Shown: positions 17,674 through 29,361, counted from the stretch's first letter. The stretch: DNA of 64,000 nucleotides from Candidatus Hydrogenedentota bacterium (GCA_045863335.1 BTVY01000003.1:140020-204019), one strand, 5' to 3'. Numbers and translations: made by a program. Notes: generated by a model from the letters alone, not told the origin.

Positions 17674-20382
17674 ATGTTTGCTTTAATAGCACGACCCGTT
17701 TTTCGAAACCGGGTGGATGGCGTTGGGTACTTAATTTGGCGATCGCGCGTGAAGCGACAACTATTGGCAGTCGGGATGCTAATGATTCTGGTCGCGCCAC
17801 TGGCTGTCTCACAGGACGCCGATCTCGATCTTGATGTTTTCGCCATCGGCACGCCGCGCGCCGGCGGGGCGATGCACTACGAGTACAGTATCAAGAATTT
17901 GGGACCAGATCCCGCTGAGAACGTCACGCTCCGTGATTTCTTACCGGACGAGATTGAGTTCATCGATGCCTTTCTCGATCCGGATGGAGACGGACCGATC
18001 AATCCCCAGCCGCTGGGCATTACGATCGGGTCTGGCGCCATGTTTTGCAGCCTTGGCGATGTTCCCGTGACGGTTGACGTCCCAATATTTGTCTTCCTGA
18101 ACTTCCGGATACTGCCGGACGTTCCCGATGGGACCGCATTCAGCAACAGCGCCGATCTCTTTCTGAGCGATACGAATGATCCCGACTTCTCCAACAACAG
18201 TGACAGTACAAATATCAATGTGCAGACGACTGCCGATGTGGCGATTGCTGCCACGGCTTTCCCCAATCCAGTGGTTGCCGGCGACATTTTGACCTACGAC
18301 TTGGGAGTCTCCAACCTGGGACTAAGTGATGCGCAGGGCGTGGTCGTGTTCGCCGTGCTGCCGGACGAGGCCGAGGCGCTACTTGGCAAGTCCATTCCCA
18401 ATTGCACGCAACCCCCGAATCTGGTGGGACTACGGGCCTTACTGAACGGAGCGAATGAGGTTCCGCCTGCCGTCGCGCCCACGGACCCGACTGGTGTGGC
18501 CACGTTTGTTCTGAATACGGATACGAACGAGTTGATCTACTCGATCGAGGTCTCGGACATTACGAGCGATATCACGCTATCGCATATCCATGCCGCCCCT
18601 GCGGGTGTGAACGGACCCGTCGAGGTCACCCTGTTCAGCGGCGGCCTGGATTTTGATTCCACCAAACCGCTCGTGGATTCCGTCACGATCGCGCCGGCTC
18701 AGACGGCCGACCTGATTGCGAATCCGCAGAATTATTATGTCAACGTGCACACGTCCGACTTTCCCGCGGGCGAGATCCGCGCACAGCTCGCACTGACCAC
18801 GAATTCACCGGTCCGCTGCGAGATCGGCACGGTCGCGGCTGATGGCGAAGTTGCGTTCGAACTCCCGGCCCTCGTCGATCCGAATGCGACACCACTCGGC
18901 GAAATCCACAATGTCGCCATCGTGACGAGCGAGACAGACGACGATTCGGGCACGCACTTCAATGACATCGCCGCAACGGACACCTTGGTCGACACGTTGG
19001 CCGACCTGCAGGTGACTCAAGTCAGCGCGAAATCCACCACCGTTCAAGCGGGTGAAGTGTTCACGTACAGCATCTACGTGGACAACTTCGGGCCCAGCTT
19101 CGCGTCGGGCGTCGCCGTTGGCGCTGTGCTTGAATCGACGGGCACCTTTGACCTCATCGATGTCACCTCCGATCGCGATACCGATGTCTCCCTGACGCCG
19201 GGCGGCGGACCTTTTGCCGTCGCGGGTTCGGCGCTGCCTCCGGCGGCTCCGCCGGCGCCCTTCGGCGTGAACGCGCCGACGGGGATCGCCGACATCGACC
19301 GGCACCTGGAATTCACCTGCGATCTGACCGGCGGCGACGATCCGCTGTTGGCGGGATCGCTCGGGCTGCTGGATTCCGGCACGCCGCCATCGACCGGGCG
19401 TTGGACGCTGATCGTCCGTGCCCGCGCGCGCAGTGCGCAGACGATCAATAGCGTGGTGACCGTGGTCTCGGATACGGCTGAAACCAATACGAGCAACAAC
19501 CAGGCGGTGGACATGGTTTCCGTGCTGAACACCGCCGACCTGGAGATCACGAAGACTGCAACGGCCGGTCCGGTTATCCCCGGCGACACGATCACCTATG
19601 ACATCACCGTGACCAATCTCGGGCCCTCGCCGGCGGCCGATGTCGTCATTCAGGACAATCTGCCCGCGGGCGTAGAGGTCGTGAGCGTGAGCGGCCTGAC
19701 GCCGGGCGGCGGTGCGGCGGCCTGCGTGGGCGGAACGCCGGGGAATCCATTGGATCCCGCAACGTGCTTCCTCGGCACGGTTCTCGCGGGCGAGAGCGGC
19801 TCCATGTCCATCGAAGTGCGCGTGGGCGGAGACATCCCGCTGGATCCCTTGACCGGCGATCGCATTCTTCACAATGCCGCGCGCGTGTCGAGCGCGACCT
19901 TCGATCCGGTCAATGCAAACAACCTCGCGGGCACCTTCACGACCGTCGAATGCGCGATACTCGCCGCTCCGACCGGCTTGACCGCAAGCGACGGCACCGA
20001 GTTCCACTCCGTCATTCTGACCTGGGACGCAGTGCCCGGCGCCGTGGAGTATGCCGTGTACCGGAATAGCATCAACGATTTCGGCACGGCGGACCGCCTT
20101 GCAACCGTTGTGGGGACCACCTATGTGGACCTGGAACCCTTCACCACGGGCGGATTCCTGAGCTGCAACCAGGGCAACCTCGTGGAGTTCACCTACTGGG
20201 TAGCCGCAGTGAACACCTGCGGCGAGAGCGACCCCAGCGCACCGGACGTGGGATTCGAGAATCCGGCCAAGTCCGCTTCGCTCGTTCCGAGCACGGAACA
20301 GGCCGGAGACCTCGCAGTGATCGGCGGTCTTCTCATGGCCCTGGCGCTTTTCCGCGTACGGCAAGTCCGTAGATCCGCATAA
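17674..20382 (+). CDS. Surface protein with DUF11 repeats, a CHRD domain, an Fn3-like domain and a C-terminal membrane anchor
   Basis: Repeated ADL.I.K/PGD.ITY.I.V.NLGPS.A..V.I.D.LP; CHRD motifs LNGANEVP, SHIH, YVNVHT..FP.GEIRAQL; C-terminal TM plus basic tail. Start uncertain (17674 or 17749). Confidence 0.85.
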   Translation: MFALIARPVFRNRVDGVGYLIWRSRVKRQLLAVGMLMILVAPLAVSQDADLDLDVFAIGTPRAGGAMHYEYSIKNLGPDPAENVTLRDFLPDEIEFIDAFLDPDGDGPINPQPLGITIGSGAMFCSLGDVPVTVDVPIFVFLNFRILPDVPDGTAFSNSADLFLSDTNDPDFSNNSDSTNINVQTTADVAIAATAFPNPVVAGDILTYDLGVSNLGLSDAQGVVVFAVLPDEAEALLGKSIPNCTQPPNLVGLRALLNGANEVPPAVAPTDPTGVATFVLNTDTNELIYSIEVSDITSDITLSHIHAAPAGVNGPVEVTLFSGGLDFDSTKPLVDSVTIAPAQTADLIANPQNYYVNVHTSDFPAGEIRAQLALTTNSPVRCEIGTVAADGEVAFELPALVDPNATPLGEIHNVAIVTSETDDDSGTHFNDIAATDTLVDTLADLQVTQVSAKSTTVQAGEVFTYSIYVDNFGPSFASGVAVGAVLESTGTFDLIDVTSDRDTDVSLTPGGGPFAVAGSALPPAAPPAPFGVNAPTGIADIDRHLEFTCDLTGGDDPLLAGSLGLLDSGTPPSTGRWTLIVRARARSAQTINSVVTVVSDTAETNTSNNQAVDMVSVLNTADLEITKTATAGPVIPGDTITYDITVTNLGPSPAADVVIQDNLPAGVEVVSVSGLTPGGGAAACVGGTPGNPLDPATCFLGTVLAGESGSMSIEVRVGGDIPLDPLTGDRILHNAARVSSATFDPVNANNLAGTFTTVECAILAAPTGLTASDGTEFHSVILTWDAVPGAVEYAVYRNSINDFGTADRLATVVGTTYVDLEPFTTGGFLSCNQGNLVEFTYWVAAVNTCGESDPSAPDVGFENPAKSASLVPSTEQAGDLAVIGGLLMALALFRVRQVRRSA

Positions 20383-20402
20383 TCGCAACGACGGTATCGA
20401 CT

Positions 20403-20443
20403 CCGGGCTCCGGCAGGCCACCCGCCCGCCGGAGCCCGGTTTG
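20403..20443 (+). terminator. Stem-loop after the DUF11 gene, possible terminator
   Basis: CCGGGCTCCGGC...GCCGGAGCCCGG followed by a short T run. Confidence 0.45.
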
Positions 20444-20588
20444 GGTTCGGGGTTGACAAAAACGTTGCCCAATTTGCCTCCGCCCCCGGCCTTGTGCTAG
20501 GCTACGTTGTTTGTTTTCAACGCCCGCGCGTTCCTAATTCATGTCTTATTCGGGATCGATGGAAGTGGGGTAGAAAGGGGTAATTGTT

Positions 20589-21344
20589 GTGAGAAGGCCG
20601 CTTGTAGCTGGGAACTGGAAGATGAACCACCTCGTGGGGACGGCGGTGGAGACGGCGAACGCGCTGAAGGCGCTGGTCGCGGACGTGGATTCCGCGGATA
20701 TCGTCATCTGCCCGGTGTTTACGGCGTTGGACGCGGTTGGGAAGGCCCTGGCGGGGTCGAACATCCAGCTGGGCGCGCAGAACTGCTACCTCAAGGAGAG
20801 CGGGGCGTATACGGGCGAGATTTCGCCGCAGATGTTGCTGGACGTGGGCTGCGCGTGGACGATCGTCGGCCACAGCGAGCGGCGTCAGTATTTCGGCGAG
20901 ACGGACGATATCTTGAATCAGAAGCTGAAGTTCGCGCTGGGCGCGGGGTTGAAGGTGATGTTCTGCATCGGCGAGACCCTGGAAGAGCGCGAAGGCGGCA
21001 AGATGAACGACGTGTTGATCCGCCAGGTGACGCATGGGTTGCAGGGCCTCGCGGAATCGGATTTCGCGAATGTGTCCGTCGCGTATGAACCCGTCTGGGC
21101 CATCGGCACGGGCGTGACGGCGACGCCGGATCAGGCGCAGGAAGCCCATGCCTTCGTGCGCGGGCTGGTGAAGGACCAGTTTGGTGCAACCGTCGCGGAC
21201 GGATTGCGGATACAATATGGTGGCAGCGTCAAACCGGACAATGCCGCGGAACTGATGGCGAAGCCGGATGTGGACGGGTCGCTCGTGGGCGGCGCCGCGT
21301 TGAAGGCGGACAGCTTCGCAGGTATTGTTAAGGCTTCGGTTTAG
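20589..21344 (+). CDS. tpiA: Triosephosphate isomerase
   Basis: AGNWKMN, GHSERR, AYEPVWAIGTG, YGGSVKP. Confidence 0.98.
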   Translation: MRRPLVAGNWKMNHLVGTAVETANALKALVADVDSADIVICPVFTALDAVGKALAGSNIQLGAQNCYLKESGAYTGEISPQMLLDVGCAWTIVGHSERRQYFGETDDILNQKLKFALGAGLKVMFCIGETLEEREGGKMNDVLIRQVTHGLQGLAESDFANVSVAYEPVWAIGTGVTATPDQAQEAHAFVRGLVKDQFGATVADGLRIQYGGSVKPDNAAELMAKPDVDGSLVGGAALKADSFAGIVKASV

Positions 21345-21417
21345 TGCCTGGACTCTGGACGACGACTTGGAGTGCGTGACGTTTGACGCTCCGAAGTAAA
21401 GGTAAGAGACATAGCCC

Positions 21418-21696
21418 AAATCCGAAATCCGAAGCACGAAATCCGAAACAAATTCGAAGGACCCAAATTCTAAAGGGTTAGTTCCCACGCGGCGCGTGGG
21501 ATTAATGCGCGGCGCGTCCTGCCGTCATCTGTGGTTGCGCCATAGACTTCGTCGAGGCGCGACCAAGATTGAATTTCGTGTTAAGGGCGTTGATTGGTTT
21601 GGATGGTACGTGTACGTGTCCACGGGACGCGTTTCGGATATTTGAATTTTGATTATTGGTGCTTGTTTCGGATTTCGTGCTTCGGATTTCGAATTT
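21418..21696. repeat. Heptamer-based inverted-repeat element
   Basis: CGAAATCCGAAGCACGAAATCCGAAACAA (21423-21451) and its perfect reverse complement (21663-21691); no ORF inside. Confidence 0.85.
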
Positions 21697-21755
21697 AGCG
21701 CGCCAACGCGGTACTGGCTTGTTGGCAAATACCCCATCGGAGGTAGTTGGTTCTA

Positions 21756-22337
21756 ATGTTAGATGCCATTTTTTCGTGGAACACGCTCTGGATCATCATG
21801 TGGATCCTGTATCTGCCGGCGTGCATCGGGCTTATCGTGATCGTGCTGTTGCAGAAGGGCAAGAGCAGCGGGTTCGCGGGCGCGTTCGGCGTCGGCGGCG
21901 GATCGGAGACGGTGTTTGGACCGCGCGCGCGGAAGAGTTTGCCGGTGAAAATGACCTACGGCATGGCGGCGCTGTTCATGATTCTTTCCATGAGCATGTC
22001 GCTGGTAGCGGGCCGGGTGCATCGTGGCGTCGCGCCGGAAGCGGTCGAGGTGGAGGAAACCGCGACAGCGGATCAGGTTTACAACGAACTGCTGAGCGAT
22101 GTGCCGCAGGCGGAATCGACCGGAGCAGCCGAGTCGACCATGGGACCGGGGGATGAAGCGCCTGCCGCGGAACCCGCGCAAGCAACCGAAACGCCGGCGG
22201 AAACGCCCGAAGAAGCGGCAGCGCCGGAGGCCGAGGCCACGCCGGAACCGGAGTCCGAACCAGCCGAGGCGGCCGCGCCTGCGGCGGAAGAGCCGTCCGG
22301 TGAAGCGCCTGCGGAAGAGGCTCCTAACGCCAGTTGA
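21756..22337 (+). CDS. secG: Preprotein translocase subunit SecG with a long acidic Ala/Glu/Pro tail
   Basis: LIVIVLLQKGK..GFAGAFG, two TMs, conserved position after tpiA. Confidence 0.92.
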   Translation: MLDAIFSWNTLWIIMWILYLPACIGLIVIVLLQKGKSSGFAGAFGVGGGSETVFGPRARKSLPVKMTYGMAALFMILSMSMSLVAGRVHRGVAPEAVEVEETATADQVYNELLSDVPQAESTGAAESTMGPGDEAPAAEPAQATETPAETPEEAAAPEAEATPEPESEPAEAAAPAAEEPSGEAPAEEAPNAS

Positions 22338-22430
22338 CGTGATTCGCGTGTATGACGATTTTGTTCCGGCCCAAGGCGCGCAGAAGGCTTTGGGCCGGTC
22401 GTTTTTGAGGCCCTTGAGCGGGAAGCGAAG

Positions 22431-22590
22431 AACATCCCCCTTGATCCCCCTTCGAAGGGGGAATTGGCGGACATCAAGGTCCGGCAAGGTGGGTACGCGA
22501 TTCGCTCCGAATTGAAGGCCCGACTCCCAATGTGGCAACGCAAAGCGTTGCGTCAAATTCCCCCTTTGAAGGGGGACTAAGGGGGATGTT
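22431..22590. repeat. MITE-like element, copy 1 (CCCCCTT.GAAGGGGG ends)
   Basis: Terminal IRs AACATCCCCC...GGGGGATGTT and internal GCAACGCAAAGCGTTGC; related to 56481-56652. Confidence 0.8.
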
Positions 22591-22661
22591 GTTTGGGGGT
22601 ATGTTTCGCGTAGTGGCTGAAGTCTGACTGGTTTCTGGCACAGGATGAAAGGAAGGACGCG

Positions 22662-23915
22662 TTGGATAGAATCCTGATTCGTGGCGGACGGCCCTTGCGT
22701 GGGGCGGTGCAGGTGCGGGGTGCGAAGAACTCGGCCCTGCCGCTGATGGCCGCGTCCATTCTGGCCGAAGAGGCGTGCACACTTCACAACATTCCCTGCC
22801 TCCACGACGTGTTCACCATGGACAAGCTCCTGTCGTCCTTCGGCGCGAAGATTGAGTTCACCGGGCGCTACATGACCATCGACGCGTCGACCCTCGACAA
22901 CTTTGTCGCCCACTACGACCTGGTGCGGAAGATGCGCGCTTCGTTCTTCGTGCTGGGGCCCATGCTGGCGCGGTTTCACAAGGCGCGCGTTTCCTTGCCC
23001 GGCGGGTGCGCCATTGGCACGCGCCCCGTCGATATCCATCTCAAAGGTCTGGAAGCGATGGGGGCCAACATCGCGATTGAAGACGGCTACGTCATCGCCG
23101 AGGGCGCGTTGAAAGGCGTCGACTTTTCGCTCGACTTTCCCAGCGTCGGCGCGACGGAGAACCTCCTTATGGCGGCCAGCCGCGCGCGCGGCGTGACGCG
23201 CCTGAACAACGTGGCGCGGGAACCGGAGATCGTCGACCTGGCCCACTTCTTGAACGCCATGGGCGCGCAGATTTCCGGCGCGGGCACCGACCTGATCACG
23301 ATTGTCGGCGTGGACGCCCTAGGCGGCACGGAGCACGTTGTGATTCCCGACCGCATTGAGACGGGGACCTTCCTCATTGCGGGTTTGGCGACGGGCGGTG
23401 ATGTGACGGTGCAGAACGCGAACCCGGATCATTTGCCTACCTTCCTGAACAAGCTCCGCGATGCGGGCGGGGAAGTGGAGGTGCACGGGACCCGCATTCG
23501 CGCGTCCGCGAAGAACGGCCTCAAAGGTGTCGATATCACGACGCAACCCTTCCCGGGATTCCCGACCGATCTCCAGGCACAGATGATGTCCATGCTCTGC
23601 CTGGCGCAAGGGGTGAGCGTCATGCGCGAATCGGTGTTTGAAAACCGCTTCATGCAGGTGGCCGAGCTGATCCGTATGGGCGCCGACATTGATCTGGACG
23701 GCAACGCGGCGATCGTTCGCGGCGTGAACGGGTTGAGCGGCGCGCCGGTGATGGCATCCGACCTGCGCGCGAGCGCGGCGCTGGTCGTGGCGGGCCTCAG
23801 TGCGGCTAAGGGCGAAACGTCCATCGCCCGGGTGTATCACATCGACCGCGGCTACGAACGGATTGAAGAGCGTCTCGCGAGCCTCGGCGCGGATATCGAA
23901 CGCGTCCGGGATTAG
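22662..23915 (+). CDS. murA: UDP-N-acetylglucosamine 1-carboxyvinyltransferase
   Basis: GAKNSALP, LPGGCAIG.RP, PGFPTDLQAQ, HIDRGYE. Confidence 0.98.
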   Translation: MDRILIRGGRPLRGAVQVRGAKNSALPLMAASILAEEACTLHNIPCLHDVFTMDKLLSSFGAKIEFTGRYMTIDASTLDNFVAHYDLVRKMRASFFVLGPMLARFHKARVSLPGGCAIGTRPVDIHLKGLEAMGANIAIEDGYVIAEGALKGVDFSLDFPSVGATENLLMAASRARGVTRLNNVAREPEIVDLAHFLNAMGAQISGAGTDLITIVGVDALGGTEHVVIPDRIETGTFLIAGLATGGDVTVQNANPDHLPTFLNKLRDAGGEVEVHGTRIRASAKNGLKGVDITTQPFPGFPTDLQAQMMSMLCLAQGVSVMRESVFENRFMQVAELIRMGADIDLDGNAAIVRGVNGLSGAPVMASDLRASAALVVAGLSAAKGETSIARVYHIDRGYERIEERLASLGADIERVRD

Positions 23916-23983
23916 GTGCGCATGGGAAGTTGTATTCTTGGGAAAACTGAAGATCGCCATTTTCCCAGGACTGGGGAAAGATC

Positions 23984-25284
23984 ATGAAAGTAACCGAGAT
24001 TAAAGACGACGCGACCTTCGCCGCGGTCGTGAAAAGAATCAGCGGCCGGAGCGACGATAGCGACAGCGCGACACAGGAAGCCGAGAAGCTCGCGGCAACG
24101 CAGTCGATCGTCAACGACGTGCGGGACCGTGGAGACGCGGCGGTCGCCGAGTACACGGAACGCTTTGATGGCGCAAAACTCGACCCGGATCAGTTCGAAG
24201 TTACCATCAAGGAAATGGACGTGGCGCTGGGTTCGGTCGACAAGCAGACGCTGGCCGCGCTCGAACGCGCGCACGAGAATATATCCGCATTTCACGAGAA
24301 GAACCTTCGGCAATCCTGGGAGGAGACGGCTCCAGATGGGTCTGTTCTCGGGCAGCGCATCACGCCAATCGATAGCGTGGGCCTTTATGTGCCGGGGGGA
24401 ACCGCCTTCTATCCGTCTTCAGTCCTCATGAACATCGTGCCTGCGCGTGTGGCGGGCGTGAAGGAACTGGTCATGGTGTCGCCGCCCTCGTACGAAGGGG
24501 GCATTCACCCGCTGGTGCTGGCTGCCGCGCGGATCGCGGGAGCATCCCGCGTGTTTCGCGTGGGCGGGGCGCAATCCGTTGCCGCGCTGGCGTATGGGAC
24601 CGAGACGATCCCGTCGGTATCGAAGATCGCAGGACCCGGCAACATTTACGTAACCTTGGCCAAGCGGTTGGTTTCGTCCATCTGCGACATCGACAAGGAA
24701 GCGGGACCATCCGAAGTGGTGGTACTTGCGGACGATCGGTCTGATCCCGACCAAGTTGCGTTGGAGCTGCTGGCGCAGGCGGAACACGATGTCGATGCGC
24801 GGGCCATGCTGGTGACAACGTCCGCGAGACTTTTTGAGTCCGTGAAGGAATCCATTAGCAAACACGTGGAGACGCTTTCCCGGGCCGCGATTATCCGTAA
24901 GGCGCTTGCCGATTGCGGCGAAGTCTTTATCGTACGCACGGTCGCAGAGGCCGTGCAGCTCACAAATGTGATCGCTCCCGAGCATCTTTCCATTCAGGCC
25001 GACGACCCGCGTGGACTGTTCGACGCGATTCAGAACGCTGGTTGCGCGGTGTTGGGCGGCGGGACTTCTGTCGCGGTGGGCGACTATTACGCGGGACCCA
25101 ATCACATTCTGCCGACAGGGCGCCGGGCGCGCTTTGCATCGCCTCTGACAGCGGAGGATTTCCGGAAAGTCACCAGCATCATTTCCTTCTCGCCCGCGCG
25201 CATGAAGGAAGTGGGGGATGACATCATCCGTCTCGCCAAGGCGGAGAAGCTCGACGCCCACGCGCGTGCGGTGGAGATTCGCAC

Positions 25285-25288
<4 letters not shown>
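23984..25288 (+). CDS. hisD: Histidinol dehydrogenase
   Basis: GLYVPGG, GPGNIYV, AGPSEV, QAEHD, APEHL, GPNHILPT. Confidence 0.97.
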
Positions 25289-26397
<1,109 letters not shown>

Positions 26398-26400
26398 GAG

Positions 26401-26509
26401 GGAGCATGGGCTTCCAGCCCGTGTAGTCGTCGCGGTGGCAACGAGGTGCCAGCGAGGTGCCACGGGCTTCCAGCCCGTGTCTTCCCATGGGCATCTTGCC
26501 CATGGAACT
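26401..26509. repeat. REP cluster (CAYGGGC-N-GCCCRTG hairpins) between convergent genes
   Basis: CATGGGCTTCCAGCCCGTG, CACGGGCTTCCAGCCCGTG, CATGGGCATCTTGCCCATG. Confidence 0.8.
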
Positions 26510-26517
26510 CTTACTAC

Positions 26518-28182
26518 CTACGTCCCGCCGCCAGCCGCCATCTCCCGCATCGCCACCAACTCGTCCAACTGACGCTGCAGCAGATCATACTCCGGATTGA
26601 GTTCGATGGCTTGCCGCTGCCATTCAATTGCCTCTTCCAGATTGCCCGTCAACTGGGAAAGACTTGCAAGCACATAGTAGGGCATCCAGTCGTCGGGGGA
26701 CATGGCCAGCGCGCGGTACGCAGCAGTGCGCGCCTCGTCGAATTTGCCTCCCCATAGGTAGACATGTGCGACGGTGAGCAGCGCGCGACCATGTTCGACC
26801 GTATCGATCTCGCTTTCCACACGCGTCTTCACGCGGTCGATGGTTTCACCGTTCCAAGTGGCTGCGGGAGCGGCAATGCCGGTGCGAATGAAGTGTTCCA
26901 CAATCGACAGCGACAGTTGCCGGTTGCCTTCGATGGTTGGATGAACGTGATCGAGAAACCAGTCATTGCCCGGAATGCCGTGTTCGCTGAGGGTGCCTAT
27001 CATCGAATCGAAGTCTATGGCCCCGGCGGCTTCTTTGGAAACTACCTCGTCAATCGCCGCCAGCAGCGGTCCAGTTGCCCGCAGCGGGCACACGTCGTCG
27101 TCACGAGCCCTCTCGAACGACCGGTGCGCGTTCTCGTATTCACCCAGTTCCCAGAAGATACGCCCACGGAGAAAGTGGGCTTCGGCGTATCCGTCGTCGA
27201 TAGCCAGGCAATCGTCCAGGGCAATTAACGCATCGGGTAGCCTGCCTTCGTCAATGAGCATCCGCGCGCGATTCAGGTCGCGCCGGAATTGCGCGTACGC
27301 GTCTTCCGATAGTCCGTCGCTCGATTCACTCTTGAAGGGCGAGCAGTCACGCAGGTTTGACGGGGGTGTGACGAAGAGGATAGGGGCGTCTGCGTCGCGG
27401 GCCAACAGGACCAGTCGTCTCAGATTGTGTTTGAACTGTTCGCGGACCAGGTTCGCGTACGCGTCGTCGCGGTGGTACGCGCTGGGACCGATTGAATTGT
27501 CCAGTATCGTATCGACTTCCGCTGGAAGGACAACTTCAGATGAGGCGGATCGGAACGGGGTGACCCATCGCTGTATGACCGTGTACACGCGCGAGCGCGA
27601 CACGAGCGTTCCGATGCGCCGTTCCAATGGATGAGTATTGAGCACACCTTCGAAGGTGCGTCGCTCCAGGAATTCATTGTGACCCGTATAGACGATGAAC
27701 AGATCCGGTTCGTATTGGCATAACTCTTCCATAACCCGGGCGAGCCGGTAACTGGCATAGCTGATGCCGCCGCAGTTGACCACCTCCCAGTGCCGGGAGG
27801 GATCGACCTCCGGCAGGTACGCGCGCAACCATCCGGAAAAGGACGTCGCGTCGTCGTAGGGATGTCCGAACGTGGTTGACCCGCCCAAGGTGAAGATCCG
27901 GTAGCCGTTCGCCGGTTTCGTCGACCGAAACGATTGCGTGTTGAAGTACTTGCGCTTATTTTCGGCGGTAACCTTGACCGAGTTTCCGTCCGAATCGACG
28001 CCATCGGCGAAGAGGGGTAGATAGGAGGCGAAGCCAATGTACGGGTCCTCGTGCCGGATCATCGGCGTCACCCCGGAAAGTGCCAGAAGGGCCTCCGCAC
28101 CCGCAAAAAGGCACGCTGTGATCAGGACTGGCGCCGCATAGCCCGACAGGCGGCGCAACCAGGACTTTGAACCCTCTGCCAC
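26518..28182 (-). CDS. SGNH/GDSL-like hydrolase with TPR repeats
   Basis: RIFTLGGSTT, VNCGGISY, YTGHNE, FLDHVHP; TPR helices. Confidence 0.85.
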   Translation of the reverse strand: MAEGSKSWLRRLSGYAAPVLITACLFAGAEALLALSGVTPMIRHEDPYIGFASYLPLFADGVDSDGNSVKVTAENKRKYFNTQSFRSTKPANGYRIFTLGGSTTFGHPYDDATSFSGWLRAYLPEVDPSRHWEVVNCGGISYASYRLARVMEELCQYEPDLFIVYTGHNEFLERRTFEGVLNTHPLERRIGTLVSRSRVYTVIQRWVTPFRSASSEVVLPAEVDTILDNSIGPSAYHRDDAYANLVREQFKHNLRRLVLLARDADAPILFVTPPSNLRDCSPFKSESSDGLSEDAYAQFRRDLNRARMLIDEGRLPDALIALDDCLAIDDGYAEAHFLRGRIFWELGEYENAHRSFERARDDDVCPLRATGPLLAAIDEVVSKEAAGAIDFDSMIGTLSEHGIPGNDWFLDHVHPTIEGNRQLSLSIVEHFIRTGIAAPAATWNGETIDRVKTRVESEIDTVEHGRALLTVAHVYLWGGKFDEARTAAYRALAMSPDDWMPYYVLASLSQLTGNLEEAIEWQRQAIELNPEYDLLQRQLDELVAMREMAAGGGT

Positions 28183-28341
28183 GACTACCTCGCCTTTCCT
28201 GAACGCCCGACGTCACCCCCACGGAATGGCCGCTTATGGTACGATGTTACTATATTGAGGGCAAGATCTTCCGTTCTGCAGTCTGACCTGCTGCGAAGAT
28301 CCAACTTGTGGAGTCGTGCCGTGAATACGCTGCTAACACCG

Positions 28342-29148
28342 ATGCGCATTTTGGTTCTTTTCGTTATGGTGTGTGGCCTTTCGCTTCAAGGGTGCGTCAC
28401 GCCCGAGGGGGGACAGCAGCCCAACATACTCTCGACCGAACAGGAGATTGCACTCGGCGACAAGATGGCCACGGAAGTCGAGGCCAACGAAAAGATCCTG
28501 AACGATCCCATCATTGACGACTATGTGAAGGAAATCGGCGTTCGCCTTGCCCGCATTTCGCCAAGGCAAGACGTTCCGTACCGCTTTACCGTCGTCGACA
28601 ACCCAGACACCGTCAACGCATTCGCCCTGCCCGGGGGCCACATGTACATCTACACTGGGCTCATGAAACTCTGTCAGAACGAGGCGCAACTCGCATCCGT
28701 CATGGCCCACGAGATCGGCCACGTGGCCGGCCACCATCATGGAGAAAGCCTCACTCGGCAGTACGGCTACAGTATGTTGATCGGATTCATTCTCGGTGAC
28801 CGGTCTTCGCAGGGCGCGGAAGTGGCGGCCCAACTCATCGGAACCATCGGTGAGTTGCGCTTCAGTCGTGGCCAGGAAAACGAATCGGACCGGATTGGAA
28901 TGGACATGATGTGGCGGGCGGGATACAACCCGGAAGCCATGGTAAGCTTCATGGAGCGCATGCTGCAAAACGAACAGCAGCAGGGGAGGGGGCAACCTGC
29001 GTTGAAGTTCTTGTCTTCCCACCCCGCAACAGCCGAGCGCATTGCCGCGTTGCAGGCACTCGTCGCGCAATACCCCGCCGACCTTCGCGCGACCAGCCCA
29101 GTTTATGCGGAACGCTATCAGGAGAAGGTTCTGAATCGGTTGAAGTAG
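28342..29148 (+). CDS. M48 family metallopeptidase, lipoprotein
   Basis: Lipobox LQGC, NAFALPGG, HEIGH, E.ESD, SSHP. Confidence 0.93.
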   Translation: MRILVLFVMVCGLSLQGCVTPEGGQQPNILSTEQEIALGDKMATEVEANEKILNDPIIDDYVKEIGVRLARISPRQDVPYRFTVVDNPDTVNAFALPGGHMYIYTGLMKLCQNEAQLASVMAHEIGHVAGHHHGESLTRQYGYSMLIGFILGDRSSQGAEVAAQLIGTIGELRFSRGQENESDRIGMDMMWRAGYNPEAMVSFMERMLQNEQQQGRGQPALKFLSSHPATAERIAALQALVAQYPADLRATSPVYAERYQEKVLNRLK

Positions 29149-29256
29149 CACTTTGGAGTGCGACGCCTTGGTGTCACTGAATTCCGGGTCATCGACGCGG
29201 GGAGCGCATTCGAAACGTGGACTTTCGTGATCCGCACGTGACAGATGTGCGGCGAA

Positions 29257-29326
29257 TGTAGCGCAGGCGTCCTCGCCTGCATCTTGCATTGTACCGGGAA
29301 TTGCAGGCGGGGACGCCTGCGCTACA
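29257..29326. repeat. GTAG REP doublet (TGTAGCGCAGGCGTC...)
   Basis: TGTAGCGCAGGCGTCCTCGCCTGC ... GCAGGCGGGGACGCCTGCGCTACA; same family as 61368-61446. Confidence 0.85.
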
Positions 29327-29361
29327 TAACGGAATCCGGCGAGAGCCGTCTCTCGCAGTCA

